A stretch of 64,000 nt of DNA from Clostridia bacterium (GCA_017483305.1 JAFULC010000009.1:7337-71336); one strand, 5' to 3'. Shown: positions 1 to 8,924, numbered from the stretch's first letter. The notes: generated by a model not told the origin, from the letters alone. Numbers and translations are program-made.

Positions 1-675
1 TCCACCATTCTCGCACTTCTCATCGCGGTAGGACTTCACTCCATCAAGCCTCTGCAGAAGCTCCTGCAGACGATCTTCTTCCTGCCCTACGTTACCAACT
101 CTATCGCAATAGGAATGGTATTCGCGGCAATGTTCAATATAGTTGGTATCAACTCCACGCAGGAGTCTGTCGGTATCATCAATAATATATTGGGAGTATT
201 TGGAGTAGAAAGAATCAACTGGATCAACTACGGTGCAGAAACCTGGGCAAGCTTCACAGCCCTTATCGTGTACATCGTATGGAATGCTCTCCCCTTCAAG
301 ATACTCATTCTTCTCGGCGGTCTTCAGAGCATAAACAAGCAGTACTACGATGCGGCTAAGATCGATAGCACTCCCAAGTGGCGCGTTCTTACCAGAATCA
401 CAGTTCCGTTGCTTTCCCCCATGCTCACGTATACTGTCATCACCAGCTTTATCGGCGGATTCAAGGAATACTCCAGCGTCGTCGGTATCTTCGGTGAGGA
501 TAAAGCAGTTGCGGGCGGTGCGAATATGAATACCATAGTAGGACATATTCAGAATCACCTTACAATTACTCGCGACTACGGTCTTGCAGGCGCAGCGGCG
601 CTTATGCTGTTCGTAATCATATTTATCGTAACAATGATCAACTTGCGTATAAGCAAGAAGAGCACCCATTATTAA
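1..675 (+). CDS. ABC importer permease, CUT1 (MalF/UgpA-like); 5' end lies outside the window
   Basis: Frame 1 is open from nt 1 (STILALLIAVGLHS... precedes the listed Met at 115). Hydrophobic multi-TM protein with the binding-protein-dependent permease loop (DAAKIDSTPKWRVLTRITVPLLSP). A second permease gene starts 19 nt downstream. Confidence 0.85.
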   Translation, partial: STILALLIAVGLHSIKPLQKLLQTIFFLPYVTNSIAIGMVFAAMFNIVGINSTQESVGIINNILGVFGVERINWINYGAETWASFTALIVYIVWNALPFKILILLGGLQSINKQYYDAAKIDSTPKWRVLTRITVPLLSPMLTYTVITSFIGGFKEYSSVVGIFGEDKAVAGGANMNTIVGHIQNHLTITRDYGLAGAAALMLFVIIFIVTMINLRISKKSTHY

Positions 676-694
676 GAGAGGAGGCACGTCTAAT

Positions 695-1738
695 ATGGAA
701 AATAATTCTAACTCCTCGTTGAAGGTAATGAAGGAAAAGGATATCCGCAAGGTTGCCTCTACCCAGAAGGTTGCTAAGGTCTTTGGTCAGATCCTCGTTT
801 ATACCTTCCTCGGTATAATGGCTCTGATAGTGCTTTTCCCCTTCTACTTCATGATAATTTCTTCACTGAAGTCTCTTGAAGAATACAGATTGGCTGTTCC
901 CACTCTGATTCCTCAGTCCTGGAAATTCCAGAACTATACCGACATACTCATCCCGTTTGAAATGGCAGAGGCTAACGGTTGGGTAGGAACGCTCGTTTCT
1001 CCCGAAGCCGCAACCAACGATTTCGACCTTTTCACTCTTTTCAGAAACACCATGTTCGTAGGTATCGTTTCAACGATACTGTCATTGGTCATCACCGTGC
1101 TTTCCGCATTTGCCTTTGCAAGACTTAACTTCAAGGGTAAAAACGCGCTCTTTGCAGCGCTTCTCGGAACTATGATGATCCCCGGTGAGCTTTTCACCAT
1201 CACGAACTACGCAACGGTTATGACTAAGGGCGGTTGGTTCCCCACCTTCTTTAACGGTCTCGGAAATATGTTCGGTCTCTTTGGTCCTGATTTCCGTATC
1301 CCGTTCGTTGATTCGAGCTTTGCGGCTCTGATCGTTCCCTTCTTGGTAAGTGTGTTCTATATTTACCTTCTCAGACAAAACTTTTTGCAGATACCCAACG
1401 AGCTTTACCTCGCCGCTAAGGTAGACGGTACCAGCGACATCAAGTATCTCTGCAAGGTTATGATCCCCCTTGCGCTCCCCACCATTATTTCTATCACGAT
1501 ACTCAAGATGATGGGCGCTTGGAACTCTTACATGTGGCCCCGACTCGTTGCAAACGACGATGCTCACAGACTTATTACGAACGGTCTGAGAAACGCGTTT
1601 AACGACGTTTCAGGTAACACAGACTACCCCCGTCAGATGGCGGCGGTCGCACTCGTTTCGCTTCCTTTGTTCTTGGTGTTCATTTTCTTCAGAAAATACA
1701 TCATGAAGGGCGTAAGCCGAAGCGGTATCAAGGGTTAA
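695..1738 (+). CDS. ABC importer permease, CUT1 (MalG/UgpE-like)
   Basis: ATG at 695 preceded by GAGAGGAGG. 347 aa, multi-TM, with permease loop LAAKVDGTSDIKYLCKVMIPLALP. Confidence 0.85.
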   Translation: MENNSNSSLKVMKEKDIRKVASTQKVAKVFGQILVYTFLGIMALIVLFPFYFMIISSLKSLEEYRLAVPTLIPQSWKFQNYTDILIPFEMAEANGWVGTLVSPEAATNDFDLFTLFRNTMFVGIVSTILSLVITVLSAFAFARLNFKGKNALFAALLGTMMIPGELFTITNYATVMTKGGWFPTFFNGLGNMFGLFGPDFRIPFVDSSFAALIVPFLVSVFYIYLLRQNFLQIPNELYLAAKVDGTSDIKYLCKVMIPLALPTIISITILKMMGAWNSYMWPRLVANDDAHRLITNGLRNAFNDVSGNTDYPRQMAAVALVSLPLFLVFIFFRKYIMKGVSRSGIKG

Positions 1739-1804
1739 TCGCTTTTTCGACCAAAAGAAAGAGCTTAACACAAATATAATTTTATTATATGGAGGACAAA
1801 AACC

Positions 1805-3376
1805 ATGAAAATGAGAATTCTTGCGCTTTTGATGGCGGTATTCTGTTGTTTGGGCTGCTTTTCGTTCGTAGCGTGTGATAACGGTTCTTCCGAAGAAATC
1901 ACAACAGTTCCCGACAACGACGAAACTACAGTAGCCGACGGCGACGAAACCACCGTTACAAACGGTGACGAAACCACCGTTGCAGGCGGTGACGAAACCA
2001 CCGTTGGTGGCGATGAAACCACCGTTGACGGCGGCGACGAAACCACCGCAGGTGGAGTGGCAAATCAGGATGAAGGCTATGATGGAAGCGCAGTAACCAT
2101 TACCTTCTATCACACTATGGGTCAGAACCTTCGTGAAGTTCTCGATGCTTACATCGTAGAATTCAACGCACTCTACCCCAACATCACCATCGTGCATGAG
2201 CAGGTTGGTAGCTACGACGACGTTCGTGACCAGATCAGTACCGAGATCACCGTTGGTAACCAGCCCAACATCGCGTACTGCTATCCCGACCACGTTGCAG
2301 TCTACAACATCTCCAAGGCAGTTTATCCGCTTGACGCGCTCATCGACAATATGGCAGAGGTAACCCGTGCAGACGGCACCACCGAGCGTATGGGTCTTAC
2401 ACAGAAGCAGATCAACGACTTTATCCCCGGCTACTACGCTGAGGGTAAGCAGTTCGGTGACGGCAAGATGTATACACTTCCTATGTCCAAGTCTACCGAG
2501 GTTCTTTACTACAACGCTACCTTCTTTGCAGAGCACGGTCTCACTCCTCCTACCACTTGGGATGAGATGGAGGAGCTTTGCAAGAAGATCAAGGAGATCG
2601 ATCCCACTTGCATCCCCCTCGGATATGACAGCGAAGCTAACTGGTTCATCACTATGACCGAGCAGCTCGGTACTCCCTACACCAGCGCAACAGGCGAACA
2701 CTTCCTCTTCAACACTCCCGAAAACAGAGCGTTTGTTAAGGAATTCAGAAGCTGGTTCGAGGCTGGCTACGTAACCACTCAGGATATCTTCGGTGCATAC
2801 ACCTCTGGATTGTTTGTAGAACCCGATCCTTCCAAGCAGAGAAGCTATATGTCCATCGGATCCTCCGCAGGTGCTACCCACCAGCGTCCCGAAAAGGTTG
2901 ACAACGAGTATCCCTTTGAGGTTGGAATCACCAGCATTCCTCAGGCTAACCCCGATCAGCCCAAGGTTATTTCTCAGGGTCCCTCGCTCTGCATCTTCAA
3001 CAAGGCAAACATTCAGGAGGTTTATGCTTCTTGGCTCTTTGTGAAGTACCTCACCACCACCATTGAATTCCAGGCAGAATTCTCTATGGTATCGGGTTAC
3101 GTTCCTGTTCTTAAGTCCGTTGCAAAAAATGAAACCTATGCAGCTTGGCTCGATAAGGCTGACGGCGGTGCAAACATTGCAGCGCTCTCCGCAAAGGTTT
3201 GTCTTGATCAGGCAGACGCATACTACACCTCCCCTGCATTCAACGGCTCCTCCGTTGCTCGTGACGAGGTTGGTAAGCTTATCAAGGACTGCTTCTCCGC
3301 AGAAACCGACGACGTTGATGCTATGATCGCAAAGGCGTTTGAGGATGCGGTAGAAAAGTGCAAGTACCTCTCTTAA
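1805..3376 (+). CDS. ABC importer extracellular solute-binding lipoprotein (family 1)
   Basis: ATG preceded by GGAGGA. Signal peptide plus lipobox (CFSFVAC|DNG), an acidic DETT(V/A) x6 tether, then a ~430-aa solute-binding-protein-like body. Sits directly after the two permease genes. Confidence 0.8.
   Translation: MKMRILALLMAVFCCLGCFSFVACDNGSSEEITTVPDNDETTVADGDETTVTNGDETTVAGGDETTVGGDETTVDGGDETTAGGVANQDEGYDGSAVTITFYHTMGQNLREVLDAYIVEFNALYPNITIVHEQVGSYDDVRDQISTEITVGNQPNIAYCYPDHVAVYNISKAVYPLDALIDNMAEVTRADGTTERMGLTQKQINDFIPGYYAEGKQFGDGKMYTLPMSKSTEVLYYNATFFAEHGLTPPTTWDEMEELCKKIKEIDPTCIPLGYDSEANWFITMTEQLGTPYTSATGEHFLFNTPENRAFVKEFRSWFEAGYVTTQDIFGAYTSGLFVEPDPSKQRSYMSIGSSAGATHQRPEKVDNEYPFEVGITSIPQANPDQPKVISQGPSLCIFNKANIQEVYASWLFVKYLTTTIEFQAEFSMVSGYVPVLKSVAKNETYAAWLDKADGGANIAALSAKVCLDQADAYYTSPAFNGSSVARDEVGKLIKDCFSAETDDVDAMIAKAFEDAVEKCKYLS
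1919..2050 (+). repeat. In-frame degenerate tandem repeats encoding (x)GDETTV x6
   Basis: gacgaaac(c/t)ac(c/a)gt units recur six times. They translate as DETTVADGDETTVTNGDETTVAGGDETTVGGDETTVDGGDETTA. Confidence 0.75.
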
Positions 3377-3406
3377 TTTCGAATTATTACACAGGACAAA
3401 TTAATA

Positions 3407-4891
3407 ATGAAAAAAATCATTAGCAATTTGCTTGTAGTTGCATTGCTGATAGGCTCCCTTCTCGGTTGCCTGTCAGCCTGCAACTCCGCAGGCAACACAG
3501 ACGAAACAACCGTCACCGAGGAGCAGACCACCGAGTCTGTAATTCAAGACGGTGAAGACACCACGAGTAGCGAGCAAAGCACTACCGAGGGTGAAACAAC
3601 CGAGGGTGAGACAACCGAGGGTGAAACGGAAGATGAAACAACAGCTGCCGACGTTCACGTTGACTATGCCGCTGAGGTAAAGCTGGATATGAACTCCGAC
3701 ACTCTTAAGCAAGAGGTAACGGTAAAGGCGTTCATCGACGGTGACACCACTCACTTCAACGTGCCTACCTCGGTTATTGAGACAGGCGTTATCAAGGCGA
3801 GATATCTCGCCATCAATACTCCCGAGTCAACAGGTAAGATCGAGGAATGGGGCAAAACAGCAGCCGCATTCACCAAAGAAAAGCTTTCCACAGCTACTTC
3901 TATCATTATCGAATCGGACACTGAAACACTCAATGCAGACTCCACCGGAGACAGATATATGCTTTGGATCTGGTACAAGACCGCTGAAAGCGACGAGTAC
4001 CGTAACCTCAACATTGAAATTCTCCAGAACGGATTGGCAATCGCATCTAACTCCTCAAACAACCGCTACGGCGACACCTGCATGGCGGCTATCGCCCAGG
4101 CAAGAGCTGAAAAGCTGTGTGTTTATTCAGGAGTAAAGGATCCCAACTTCTACTATGGCGAGTCGGTAGAGCTCACACTCAAGGAGCTCCGTTGCAACAT
4201 TGAAAGCTACAACGGTATGAAGGTTGCCTTCAACGCGATCGTAACTCAGGACCATGATAACGCGGTCTACGTCGAAAGCTACGACGAGGAAACCGGCGTT
4301 TGGTACGGAATGTACATTTACTACGGCTTCAATATGAATGGTGATGCCCTTGAAATTCTTTCCGTAGGCAACGAGGTAAGAATCGTAGGTACCGTTTCCT
4401 ACTATGAAACGGGTAATACATATCAGGTGTCGGGACTTTCTTACCGTATGATGAAGCCCGACGATCCCTCTAATATCCAGAAAATAAGCGACGGTCACGA
4501 GCCCGTATATCTTCCCACCTCCCCCGAGCGTTATGCAAACGGAAAGGTTGACGTAACACTCACGGATAGCGAAGATAACGTAACAACCAACACCTATGAT
4601 TACGCTGCCCTTGCGATCTATTCCTCCATCTCCATGGAAGGACTTTACGTAAAGAGAGCGTATGCCACCACTAATCAGGCAAGCGACGACTTCGGAGCAA
4701 TGACTCTTATCTGCGAAGCCAACGGTGTAACCGTGCAGATTCGCACCACCGTATTCAGAGATGAAAACGGCGAGCTCGTCACCACCGATTACTACGTTGG
4801 CAAGACCATTGACGTAAAAGGAATCATTGAATATTTCAGTGGCGACTATCAGATCAAGGTCTTTAATCAGAATAATATTACTATCAAGTAA
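3407..4891 (+). CDS. Secreted lipoprotein thermonuclease (staphylococcal nuclease fold) with C-terminal OB-fold-like region
   Basis: Lipobox LGCLSAC|NSAG and a GETTE repeat tether. SNase motifs in the correct order: FIDGDTTHF, ARYLAINTPES, GKTAAAFTKEKL, GDRYMLWIWY, ILQNGLA, AQARAEKLCVYSG. Confidence 0.7.
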   Translation: MKKIISNLLVVALLIGSLLGCLSACNSAGNTDETTVTEEQTTESVIQDGEDTTSSEQSTTEGETTEGETTEGETEDETTAADVHVDYAAEVKLDMNSDTLKQEVTVKAFIDGDTTHFNVPTSVIETGVIKARYLAINTPESTGKIEEWGKTAAAFTKEKLSTATSIIIESDTETLNADSTGDRYMLWIWYKTAESDEYRNLNIEILQNGLAIASNSSNNRYGDTCMAAIAQARAEKLCVYSGVKDPNFYYGESVELTLKELRCNIESYNGMKVAFNAIVTQDHDNAVYVESYDEETGVWYGMYIYYGFNMNGDALEILSVGNEVRIVGTVSYYETGNTYQVSGLSYRMMKPDDPSNIQKISDGHEPVYLPTSPERYANGKVDVTLTDSEDNVTTNTYDYAALAIYSSISMEGLYVKRAYATTNQASDDFGAMTLICEANGVTVQIRTTVFRDENGELVTTDYYVGKTIDVKGIIEYFSGDYQIKVFNQNNITIK

Positions 4892-4927
4892 TATATAAGT
4901 AAAAAATCATAATTAAAAGGAGACGTT

Positions 4928-7255
4928 ATGAAAAAACTACTTGCACTTTGCTTAGCACTTCTCTTGTGCATGTCTGTTTTTGCAGCTTGTGGTACAGGTA
5001 ACTCCGGTGAAGATGGCACCACAGACGGCAACGAGCAGACCACCACAAAGGAGGATGAAACCACCGCAGGCGATTCCGAGGAAACCACTGTAGGTGATTC
5101 CGAGGAAACCACTGTAGGCGATTCCGAGGAAACCACTGTAGGTGACTCTGAAGAAACAACCGTAGGCGATTCCGAGGAAACTACTGCTTCCGAGTCCGCA
5201 TACGACGTTAACGCAGCGATTGAATTCCTTAACTCTCAGTACAAGGGTAAGGACCAGACTACCCCAGCTGACTATGAGCTTTACGGTCAGGTAATGGTCG
5301 GTCTCGACAAGTACATGGTTACTTGGACAGTCGACAGCGATAAGGTTAACGCAGTAGAGGGCAGCCCTAAGTGGACTATCGAGGTTAACGAGATGTCGCT
5401 TGAGACTGTTAACTACAAGATCACCGCTACCGTTACCGCACCCGACGGAACAACCGCTACCGTTTCCTACGATCGCGTAGTTCCTAAGTTTGAAGTTACC
5501 TCCTTCGAGGACTATATGGCAGCTACCGAGGGCAACGTTACCGTTGCAGGTATCGTTGTCGGTATCAACGCTAAGAGCGCAGGCAACACCAGAAACCACC
5601 TCTTCCTCGCTGACGTTGACGGCAAGGGCGGTTACTACTGCTACCAGCTCGACAGTGATCCCCTTGAGGCAGGTGTTGAACTTGGTATGACCGTAGCCGT
5701 TACCGCTCCCGTATCTCCCTACAGCGGAATGCAGGAGACCAAGGGTGGAGCCTTCGTAATCATTGACGAGACCATCAAGGATATTCCTGTTTTTGATATC
5801 ACCGAAAAGTTCGCAGCAGGCGAGAGCCTCAAGAACTACGTAGGTCTCGTAGTAACCATTAAGGGTGTTACTATCTCCAACCAGGAGCTTGGCGGAACCA
5901 GCGAGTACCTTAACTTCGAGCTTAACGGTCAGAAGGCATACGTAAGAACCTACGTAACCGACTTCCCCACCACTCTTAAGGCAGCAGACAAGGCTACCAT
6001 CGATGCAGCACATGCAGCTAACTTTGGTAACACTGCAGATGCTACCGGTATCCTCGTTCTTTACAGCGGCAAGCCCTACCTCATTCCTACCAGCACCGAT
6101 TGCTTCTCTAACTATACCGTAGTTACTAAGACCGATGCTGAAAAGGTTGAGGCTGAGCTTGAGGAGCTTGTTGTTTCCGGAGATATTACTGCTGATACCA
6201 CTCTTGCTCTTCCTCTCGTTGGTCAGTTCTACGACGACGTTAAGTTTGCTTGGACCGTTGACAATGCAGAGTATGCTATTGGCGAAGACGGCAAGGTTGA
6301 AATTGTACTTACTGCTAATGCAGTCGTTCTCAAGTTCACTGTTACTGCAACCTGCGGCAAAGTTACCGAAACCAAAGAATACACCGTAAACGTTGCTGCT
6401 AACTTTGTAATGTCCACAACTCGTCCCTACACACCCTATATTAACCAAGTAACCGCAGGCAAGGTTCTTTTCCTTGACGGTGGCGTTAGCGGCAGATACC
6501 TCACAACCACCACCGACGTGGCTAATGCTGTTGCAGTATATGCTGAGCAGGCTGAGGGCGGCTACAAGTTCTACATCCTCGTTGATGGCGCAAAGCAGTA
6601 CATCACCATTTATAACAATGCTGATGGAAAGACCTCCGTTAACTACGATGCAAACGGAACCACTGTATTCTCTTATAATCCCACTGTAAACGCCTTCACA
6701 ACCAACTTTGGCGGTAATGACGTTTACCTCGGCACATACAACAACTTTGAAACAATCAGCGTATCCAACCTTTCCTACATCAATGCAGAGAACACCGGCG
6801 TAAGCCAGTTCCCCCTTGAGCTCCTCGCAGCAGCTCCCGGCGCTTCCTACACCGGATCTCTTACTCAGGTTAATCTTGAGAACAAAGTTCTTTATCTCGA
6901 CGGTGGCGTAAGCGGCAGATACCTCACCACTACCGAGAATGTTGCAAATGCTGTAGCAGTATATGCTGAAAAGGTTGATGGCGGCTTCAAGTTCTACATT
7001 ATCGTTGAGGATGCAAAGCAGTACATCACCGTATACAACAATGACGAGGGCAAGCTTTCGGTTAAGTACGATGCTGCAGGCACCTCCGTATATGAGTACG
7101 ATGCAACTGTTAACGCTTGGGTCACCGTATTTGAGAATGCCGAGTACTACCTTGGAACCTACAACACCTTTAACACCATAAGCGCTTCCAAACTTTCTTA
7201 CATCAGTGCAGAGAATACCGGCGTAAGCCAGTTCCCCCTCGAATATAATAATTGA
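4928..7255 (+). CDS. Secreted lipoprotein of unknown function (OB-fold-like N-terminal half, tandemly duplicated ~120-aa C-terminal domain)
   Basis: AAAGGAG SD, lipobox SVFAAC|GTGN and a GDSEETTV x5 tether. No enzyme motif recognised. The antisense 785-aa ORF is a shadow. Confidence 0.7.
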   Translation: MKKLLALCLALLLCMSVFAACGTGNSGEDGTTDGNEQTTTKEDETTAGDSEETTVGDSEETTVGDSEETTVGDSEETTVGDSEETTASESAYDVNAAIEFLNSQYKGKDQTTPADYELYGQVMVGLDKYMVTWTVDSDKVNAVEGSPKWTIEVNEMSLETVNYKITATVTAPDGTTATVSYDRVVPKFEVTSFEDYMAATEGNVTVAGIVVGINAKSAGNTRNHLFLADVDGKGGYYCYQLDSDPLEAGVELGMTVAVTAPVSPYSGMQETKGGAFVIIDETIKDIPVFDITEKFAAGESLKNYVGLVVTIKGVTISNQELGGTSEYLNFELNGQKAYVRTYVTDFPTTLKAADKATIDAAHAANFGNTADATGILVLYSGKPYLIPTSTDCFSNYTVVTKTDAEKVEAELEELVVSGDITADTTLALPLVGQFYDDVKFAWTVDNAEYAIGEDGKVEIVLTANAVVLKFTVTATCGKVTETKEYTVNVAANFVMSTTRPYTPYINQVTAGKVLFLDGGVSGRYLTTTTDVANAVAVYAEQAEGGYKFYILVDGAKQYITIYNNADGKTSVNYDANGTTVFSYNPTVNAFTTNFGGNDVYLGTYNNFETISVSNLSYINAENTGVSQFPLELLAAAPGASYTGSLTQVNLENKVLYLDGGVSGRYLTTTENVANAVAVYAEKVDGGFKFYIIVEDAKQYITVYNNDEGKLSVKYDAAGTSVYEYDATVNAWVTVFENAEYYLGTYNTFNTISASKLSYISAENTGVSQFPLEYNN
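5069..5188 (+). repeat. Five tandem 24-bp in-frame repeats (GDSEETTV)
   Basis: The unit ggcgattccgaggaaaccactgta is repeated head-to-tail five times with a few substitutions. Confidence 0.9.
6458..7252 (+). repeat. Intragenic tandem duplication (two ~120-aa domain copies)
   Basis: VLFLDGGVSGRYLTTTTDVANAVAVYAEQAEGGYKFYILVDGAKQYITIYNN...NTGVSQFPLE (6458-6825) recurs as VLYLDGGVSGRYLTTTENVANAVAVYAEKVDGGFKFYIIVEDAKQYITVYNN...NTGVSQFPLE (6880-7252). Confidence 0.85.
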
Positions 7256-7338
7256 TTTGTAAACAAAAAAACACAAAATCCAAATTACAGCTATTGACTT
7301 TGTTAACAAATAAGTCTCTACTGTAAAATAAAAATTAT

Positions 7339-7367
7339 GGCACTCGCTTTGCGAGTGCCATTTTTTT
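7339..7367 (+). terminator. Rho-independent terminator
   Basis: ggcactcgc-tttg-gcgagtgcc followed by attttttt, 84 nt after the stop at 7255. Confidence 0.75.
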
Positions 7368-7387
7368 GATTTCTTTTCATAAAGATA

Positions 7388-7416
7388 TTGATAAAAGTCG
7401 AAAAATGTAGTATAAT
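7388..7416 (+). promoter_or_regulatory. SigA-type promoter for the RNase lipoprotein gene
   Basis: TTGATA - 17 nt - TATAAT. Confidence 0.5.
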
Positions 7417-7449
7417 TATTCCATCGATATTAATTTGAAAGGTCAAAAT

Positions 7450-8883
7450 ATGAATTCAGGCAAAAAACTACTATCGCTATTACTTGCATTAGTAATTTTC
7501 ATCACCGTCCTTACGGGTTGTGATCCTTTTTCGGATTTCAACGATTTGCCGAGTGAAACTACCGGTGAAAGCTCGAGCGAAACCTCTGATAATTTTCCCT
7601 CCGATGAGACGTCGGAAGAATCCACCGAGCAGGAATCGATGCAGGGAGACGAAACGACGACAGAGGTCGAAAATAACGGCAGTATTGCCATTCTCCAAGG
7701 CAGCGAATACACTTTAGAGGTTGGCGACAGTATAAGATTGACGGTTTACAAGTCGGCTTCTATCAAAGATACTGTAGGCTGGTTCGCCGAAGGTCAAACC
7801 GTATACGTTGATGAAAACGGACTTGTAACTGCCCTTTCCGTAGGTGATGCGACCGTTACCGCGTTTGTAGGCAGCATCTCCGACAGTATCGTAATTCACG
7901 TTGTTGAAAAGGAGATCGAGACCACCGAATCAGTCACGACAGAAGCAACCGAAGAAACTACTGAATCCGTCGAAACCGGAGAACGAGATGAGCTTGAAAA
8001 GCGTCCCGTTGACGAAATCTTTGAGGCGGTCAACTCTCCCTCGGACTACACTCCCGCAGGAAGCTACGAGGATGCGCTGGATCGTTCTCAAAACGGCGAG
8101 CTTTCGGGTTATCCCTTTGTCCCTGATCAAGCTCCGATCATCTCGGAATATCAACCGATGAAGGACGGAAAATTCATTAAAAACAACGATTCGTATTATA
8201 TTGATTATAATACGTACGTAGTCATCGACGCTTATGGGCGCGAGGTCTTCCGCATCTACCGCGGAGGCGCATACATAACGCTTGAGGAGGTTGCGGCGTA
8301 CGTCTATGCCTTTGGATCTGTGCCTGCAAATCATGCCTCAGGTAAGAGCACCAAGCCCACGTCAAGCATCTGGGAATCATATTTGCGAGTCAACCACACA
8401 AGATTCAGCGGAGACACCTCACGCTACCCTTATGAGCCCGAGCTTCCGCGCATAAGCGGATGCGGCGGAGATCTGCAATATTGGGAAATGGACATCGGAA
8501 CCACAGGTACCGACTGTGATCCCTCTTACCGTCCTGCACTGTATAATAACGGATCAAAGATAACTCGCGGCGCGGCAAGAATCGTTTATACCTGGAACGA
8601 CCTTAACAACAACGGCATAAACGACGGAAACGACGTAGTTTTCGTCTTCTACACCTACAACCACTACAATGATTTTCAGGAATATCTCAATTATTACGGT
8701 GGATGGGGAGAAATGTTTGGAAATATTACGGGTGGCGGAAAGCTTTCCAGCAAGACCAACTACAATCCCACCGAATACGTGCCCGTATATTCGGGATACC
8801 TTAAAGACGGAATATCCAAGGCTGAATACGTAGTATTGGCGTGGGTAGACCGCCGTGCATTCGAGCTTTTGTTGAATGCATAA
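7450..8883 (+). CDS. Secreted lipoprotein with Ig-like (Big_2-type) domain and C-terminal barnase/N1/T1-family ribonuclease domain
   Basis: The track start at 7435 is TTG, so I prefer ATG 7450 (MNSGKKLLSLLLAL...LTGC|DPF lipobox). Big_2-like stretch: TLEVGDSIRLTV...VTALSVGDATVTAF. C-terminal alignment to barnase landmarks: VAAYVYAFGSVPANH, YWEMDIG, RGAARIVY, TYNHYNDFQEY. Confidence 0.65.
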   Translation: MNSGKKLLSLLLALVIFITVLTGCDPFSDFNDLPSETTGESSSETSDNFPSDETSEESTEQESMQGDETTTEVENNGSIAILQGSEYTLEVGDSIRLTVYKSASIKDTVGWFAEGQTVYVDENGLVTALSVGDATVTAFVGSISDSIVIHVVEKEIETTESVTTEATEETTESVETGERDELEKRPVDEIFEAVNSPSDYTPAGSYEDALDRSQNGELSGYPFVPDQAPIISEYQPMKDGKFIKNNDSYYIDYNTYVVIDAYGREVFRIYRGGAYITLEEVAAYVYAFGSVPANHASGKSTKPTSSIWESYLRVNHTRFSGDTSRYPYEPELPRISGCGGDLQYWEMDIGTTGTDCDPSYRPALYNNGSKITRGAARIVYTWNDLNNNGINDGNDVVFVFYTYNHYNDFQEYLNYYGGWGEMFGNITGGGKLSSKTNYNPTEYVPVYSGYLKDGISKAEYVVLAWVDRRAFELLLNA

Positions 8884-8890
8884 ACGCAAA

Positions 8891-8924
8891 AACACCGACG
8901 AACATAGTTCGTCGGTGTTTTTTG
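8891..8924. terminator. Bidirectional intrinsic terminator between convergent genes
   Basis: aaaaacaccgacgaac-ata-gttcgtcggtgtttttt has a 12-bp stem with an A-tract 5' and a T-tract 3'. Confidence 0.75.

Noticed and set aside
5069-5188. Regular 24-bp direct repeats that might suggest a CRISPR-like or minisatellite array.
   Set aside because: The repeats are contiguous with no spacers. They are in-frame inside a well-supported lipoprotein CDS and encode GDSEETTV, so this is a coding tandem repeat and not a CRISPR array.
4952-7309. A 785-aa minus-strand ORF opposite the 775-aa lipoprotein gene. Similar long antisense ORFs occur at 1610..2881, 18169..19557, 21255..22481, 23925..25508, 25951..27108, 53294..54400 and 54497..55690.
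   Set aside because: In every case the other strand encodes a protein with a signal peptide or clear family motifs and a proper SD. The antisense products are compositionally odd (V/G/C/N- or R/S-rich) and lack start context.
7435-7449. ORF-track start codons at 7435, 15406, 16294, 27564, 56551, 61088 and 63981 (and the N-terminal extensions at 13625, 19626, 21406, 26081, 29752, 52411, 53174 and 56841).
   Set aside because: The first group are TTG or GTG codons, or internal codons, reported as 'M' by the ORF finder. The second group are upstream Mets that add non-signal-peptide extensions, overlap neighbouring genes or cover predicted promoters. Downstream ATGs with proper SD spacing and signal peptide or family-typical N-termini were chosen instead.
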